Of a stretch of 64,000 bases of DNA, positions 55,238-64,000 are shown piece after piece. Position 1 is the stretch's first letter. Every line of letters begins with the position of its first letter. Both the position numbers and the translations under genes were made by a program. The notes beneath the pieces were generated by a model. That model was not told where the DNA came from, ran no database searches, and saw nothing but the letters and a program-made list of their open reading frames with translations. The DNA is from Macrostomum lignano (Eukaryota), in contig NIVC01001385.1 of assembly GCA_002269645.1 (NCBI GenBank), forward strand, positions 186,001-250,000, in the 5' to 3' direction.

Positions 55238-56326
55238 ATGAGTAACGCGTCAAGCGCTGTCAACTATATTTTTGTGGACTCTGTCGACTATATAGTGTCG
55301 GATTGTCAAAGTGGGGACCCGAACAGAACGGCGACTTGCACTGTCAACACCGTCCTGGGTGCCATCACGGGCCTGGTTCTGCCTGTTTTCATTGTCTCCG
55401 GTCTCGTGTTCAACGCTCTCATAGTGTACATCAACCTGGTCAAACAACCGTGGACTCGACAGAATGTGTACATCAGCATAATTGCGGTCACAGACAGCTG
55501 CAACATCATCGTGAACGGCTTCATGTGGATGTTCTTGGCCAAGGGCTTGCCATGGTTAACCAACGGATCCGTCGGTTATGTACATCTTAACGACGGAGAC
55601 GTGCAGTGTAGATTTGCGAAATATTTTGAGCACCTGTGCCACCTAACATCGACTGCAGTGTTTCTGCTAATGGTGACTGACAGGACTCTAAGCCTGTACT
55701 TTCCGTTCAAATTTCAGAGCATCAGCGGAAAGGCTGCGATGAAGGCCGGGTTATTAGTGATCCTGGCCTGTATGGTTGTCACCCTTCCCATCGCCTTTAT
55801 CTTTCACTGGATAATTTATGAGAGCTACATAGTCTGTTACTACAGCATGCTCGAAATGTTACCATGGCAACACACCGTTCTGTACTACTATTCGGCTTTG
55901 CTTTACTACCCACCGGCCCTTTTACTGACGGTTATTTTCATTGAGAACTGTTTCCTGATTCACAAGGTACGAGAGATCACCGCCAATAGAAAGAGGCTGG
56001 GCTCTGCTAAGGAATCTGATGACGGGCTAGTAAACACAGTGATCTGCCTCGCTCTGTCGGCCTGTCTGCTTCTGTCTGCCTCGCTGACTTTCTTTGCCCG
56101 AACCAGCGAGTACGTTCTATCTCTGCTATTTGGCGAATACGATTCAGAAATAGGCACCGTGTTGTGGGGAATTCACGACATCGGCATATCAATGATCATA
56201 ATTGGCCAGTCCACCAACTGGATCCTGCTGGTGTGGAAGAATGCCAGGTTCCGTCGGCTTCTATTGGAGACGGTAAAATGCAGGAAACCGGTGGATCAGA
56301 AGACGGCTACCACTGGCACAAAATAA
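55238..56326 (+). CDS. Intronless orphan GPCR, copy 4, ~362 aa
   Basis: Paralogue with the same 7TM motifs; intact ORF. Confidence 0.9.
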   Translation: MSNASSAVNYIFVDSVDYIVSDCQSGDPNRTATCTVNTVLGAITGLVLPVFIVSGLVFNALIVYINLVKQPWTRQNVYISIIAVTDSCNIIVNGFMWMFLAKGLPWLTNGSVGYVHLNDGDVQCRFAKYFEHLCHLTSTAVFLLMVTDRTLSLYFPFKFQSISGKAAMKAGLLVILACMVVTLPIAFIFHWIIYESYIVCYYSMLEMLPWQHTVLYYYSALLYYPPALLLTVIFIENCFLIHKVREITANRKRLGSAKESDDGLVNTVICLALSACLLLSASLTFFARTSEYVLSLLFGEYDSEIGTVLWGIHDIGISMIIIGQSTNWILLVWKNARFRRLLLETVKCRKPVDQKTATTGTK

Positions 56327-58618
56327 ATTTTTAATTTATTATTCAAGAGTAATTCATGGGTAAAGTTCATGACAACTAATGACAAAATTCTTTTTTGAGG
56401 CTCGACTATTTTTAACACGAAGCAAAATACTTTTTTCAATACGTTGACTCAATAAAAATAATAAATAATCTAGAAATAAAAAACCGCTACTGAGCTTTTT
56501 ATTCGGATAATTATGCATTCATAAACTTGCTATCGGTCAATATCAATGATTCGTTGTTGTATTTATTTTATACAGCACATTTGGCTACATATACTGCACA
56601 TATTTTATTACTCGTAGTATACGAAATATCATAAATCAGTCTGAATAAACCTCTAAATGCATAAGAAGTGCACAAGGCTCTAATACTGATGGGCGACCCT
56701 GTTTCTTGGTGGTCCTACTGGCCTTAAGCTAGTCTACCATGTTTTTTGACTTCAGCGCCACGCAAATTTCGCAAAACTGTCGGTCCGAAACGTCGTGTCC
56801 ACGTGCGAAGAGACCGGAAGCACGCACACCCTACGGAAGGGAGGAGTGAAGGCACTGTGACTCACCGAAGCTGTGTGGAAGATGAGATCGCACCTGCTTT
56901 AAGCCAACAATGATGACTTCAACATCAGTCTCAGTGCCATTAGTCGTGTTCTGGATGGCCAGTTGATATCACTAGAGCTTCCCGCGCTCGTTGCAAAGTA
57001 ATGTCCCAGAATACACTGCAGCAGCTTCTAGACGAGGGTAGCCAAAACATCTTCTGTACGTAGACGAGTTCAGCATGAACTCTTGGACGGCTAGAACTCA
57101 GGGTCGTGCTCCCATAGGGACACCAGCAGCGACGGTGGTGAATGTTCAGCGAGGCCAAAATCTTACCATCTGCCTTGTCATCTCGCAACAGCTGCAGGGC
57201 TCGTGCACTACACTCTGATTAAAGATGCTTCAGAAACAAGCATTCAGAAGGAAACTTCATGCTTCTGTCTGATGGCACCCGTGCTCATCTGAATGCTACA
57301 GATATAAGTGACTGCCACACTCACAGATTCCTTCCACCTTACTCACCCTTCCTGAACCTTGTCGAAAAAGCGGCCGCACTGACAATAAGGCTTGTAAGAT
57401 CCTAAACTAAAATTTCGGACACTTCGGCATGCAAAATGAAGTCAGCTGGCGCGGTGCGCAATCCACTGGCCAAATATTGACAGCAACATCGATGTCACAG
57501 CTGCGCAGATTATCAGAATCATCCGCCAAAGGCTGCTTTTCACCCGTGGATGATGCCTGAGAAGCCTACACTTGTACCATGCAGTCGCTTTCCTGTGTAT
57601 CAACTGTTTGTTCCTCACCGACGCCTACTCACAGTAACCGTGCTTACATCCGACAAGCTCTCACCTGCACATCTCGCTAAAGTCCCCCAGGATTCGGCAA
57701 GAGGTCGCTCAAGTCCAGCGGAGTACTATGGACCGCACCGGGAGAACGAGGGCTGCTGGGTGCCGACTGCAGTTACAAAACGACATGGTAGACGCAGCGT
57801 CAATGAAGGTAGTTCCCAAACCTGTTGGCGGCACTACGACCAGCTTCAATAGCGCCAATCATCGGTGGGGGACAGCGCTGTCCATTCAGTAAGTCAACGT
57901 GTCGTCGACCGTTGTGCATCCGAAACTCCAGCCAGCGCCTTCAAGCCGGACACTCTGAGAGACAACGGAAACCGTGTGTACGAATGGTCACAGCTTGGTC
58001 GGGAGGTGTCGCGACGATCGAAGCAACTCCAAGAAAAATGCATTCTAGAAATTCAACGGTGGTTCGTGAAATTCGACTAGAAGAAAACCCCCGGTTTGCA
58101 GATTTTTACCAGTAATCGGTGTTTCAAAAAAATTGTCTGAGGGTCTGTGTTAACGAATTTCACTCAATTAGTTAAATTTTAAGTCCCTTTTGATGAACTC
58201 GAAGTTGAAAAAAGGTATACATAAAGCGTTTCCCGGGAAAGTCTGCAAGTGCTAACAGCTTCTATTTGAGAAGTAGTCGCCATGACGGTGTCGTTTGAGC
58301 AAACATAACAGTAGTTTTATATTTGCTTCACTCTCAGCACCTTTGCCATTTGAAGCACCTACATTAGGCTAGCTATAGTGCCAGTTCTCACAGCTCGAAG
58401 AAGGCAGTAGTATGAGCACAGTTAGTTTAAACAGAACAAAGTTCTTAGAGATATGCTCATCTTCCACATAGCTTTGTTTGCTAAATTCAAGTTTAGCTGT
58501 TTTGACAACCGGACAAACATGGTGCCAAAATTGAAGAAAGGTATTTTAATCTTTCCAATAGAGTCTGGTTGCCGAACTTTCCAAGAAAAACTTTCCAGCC
58601 TCACAAGTAAAAGGGATC

Positions 58619-63643
<5,025 letters not shown>

Positions 63644-63699
63644 GTGAGTGTCGGCATGCTGACGATTGGGGTGGTCGCTTCATAATCCGCTTGACCTAT

Positions 63700-64000
63700 T
63701 GACCTATTCGGTGACCCATTTCACCCAGTGACCCATTTGACCCAGTGACCCATTTGACCCAGTGACCCATTTGACCCAGTGACCCATTTGACCCAGTGAC
63801 CCATTTGACCCAGTGACCCATTTGACGCAATGACCTATTTGACCCAGTAACCCATTTGACCCAGTGACCCATTTGACCCAGTGACCCATTTGACGCAATG
63901 ACCTATTTGACCCAGTAACCCATTTGACCCAGTGACCCAATGAACCATTTGACCCAGTGACCCATTTGACCCAGTGACCCATTTGACCCAGTGACCCATT
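63700..64000. repeat. 17-bp intronic satellite (GACCCAGTGACCCATTT)n
   Basis: Cadherin intron 8; runs to the window end. Confidence 0.95.

Noticed and set aside
56740-58460. Possible decayed DNA-transposase (P-like QDPLE motif near 58140 on the minus strand; CCATAGAC motifs at 58968-59210)
   Set aside because: Requires several assumed indels, no paired TIR or TSD was found, and the evidence is too weak to annotate.

Overview
Eukaryotic, repeat-rich genomic DNA. From composition, short spliced exons and satellite-filled introns it is most likely a flatworm such as Macrostomum; this is an inference, not a search result. Spliced gene models reconstructed by hand with consistent intron phases: (1) an 8-finger C2H2 zinc-finger gene (+, 4.3-7.7 kb); (2) a 7-exon orphan gene with two C-terminal TM helices (-, 9.0-18.6 kb); (3) a 2-exon single-pass membrane orphan (-, 50.0-50.6 kb); (4) the first 8 exons of a Cys-rich cadherin-repeat gene (+, 58.6 kb to the window end). 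The centre holds four intronless rhodopsin-like orphan GPCR paralogues arranged <- <- -> ->. Three are intact; one is disrupted by a Gypsy element and a LINE. Their differences cluster in the extracellular loops, which appear to be shuffled between copies. Mobile DNA includes a full-length LOA-like LINE (APE-RT-RNase H), an internally deleted relative, a decayed Gypsy element, a P-superfamily THAP element with ~154-bp TIRs, two hAT-type MITEs with 8-bp TSDs, tRNA-derived SINEs, an RTE fragment and a probable DIRS/Ngaro fragment. The most notable unannotated signal is a nested double-pseudoknot (HDV-like) self-cleaving ribozyme fold at the exact 5' end of both LOA-like LINEs, supported by covariation between the two copies. 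Most long ORFs in the supplied track are artefacts of satellites.
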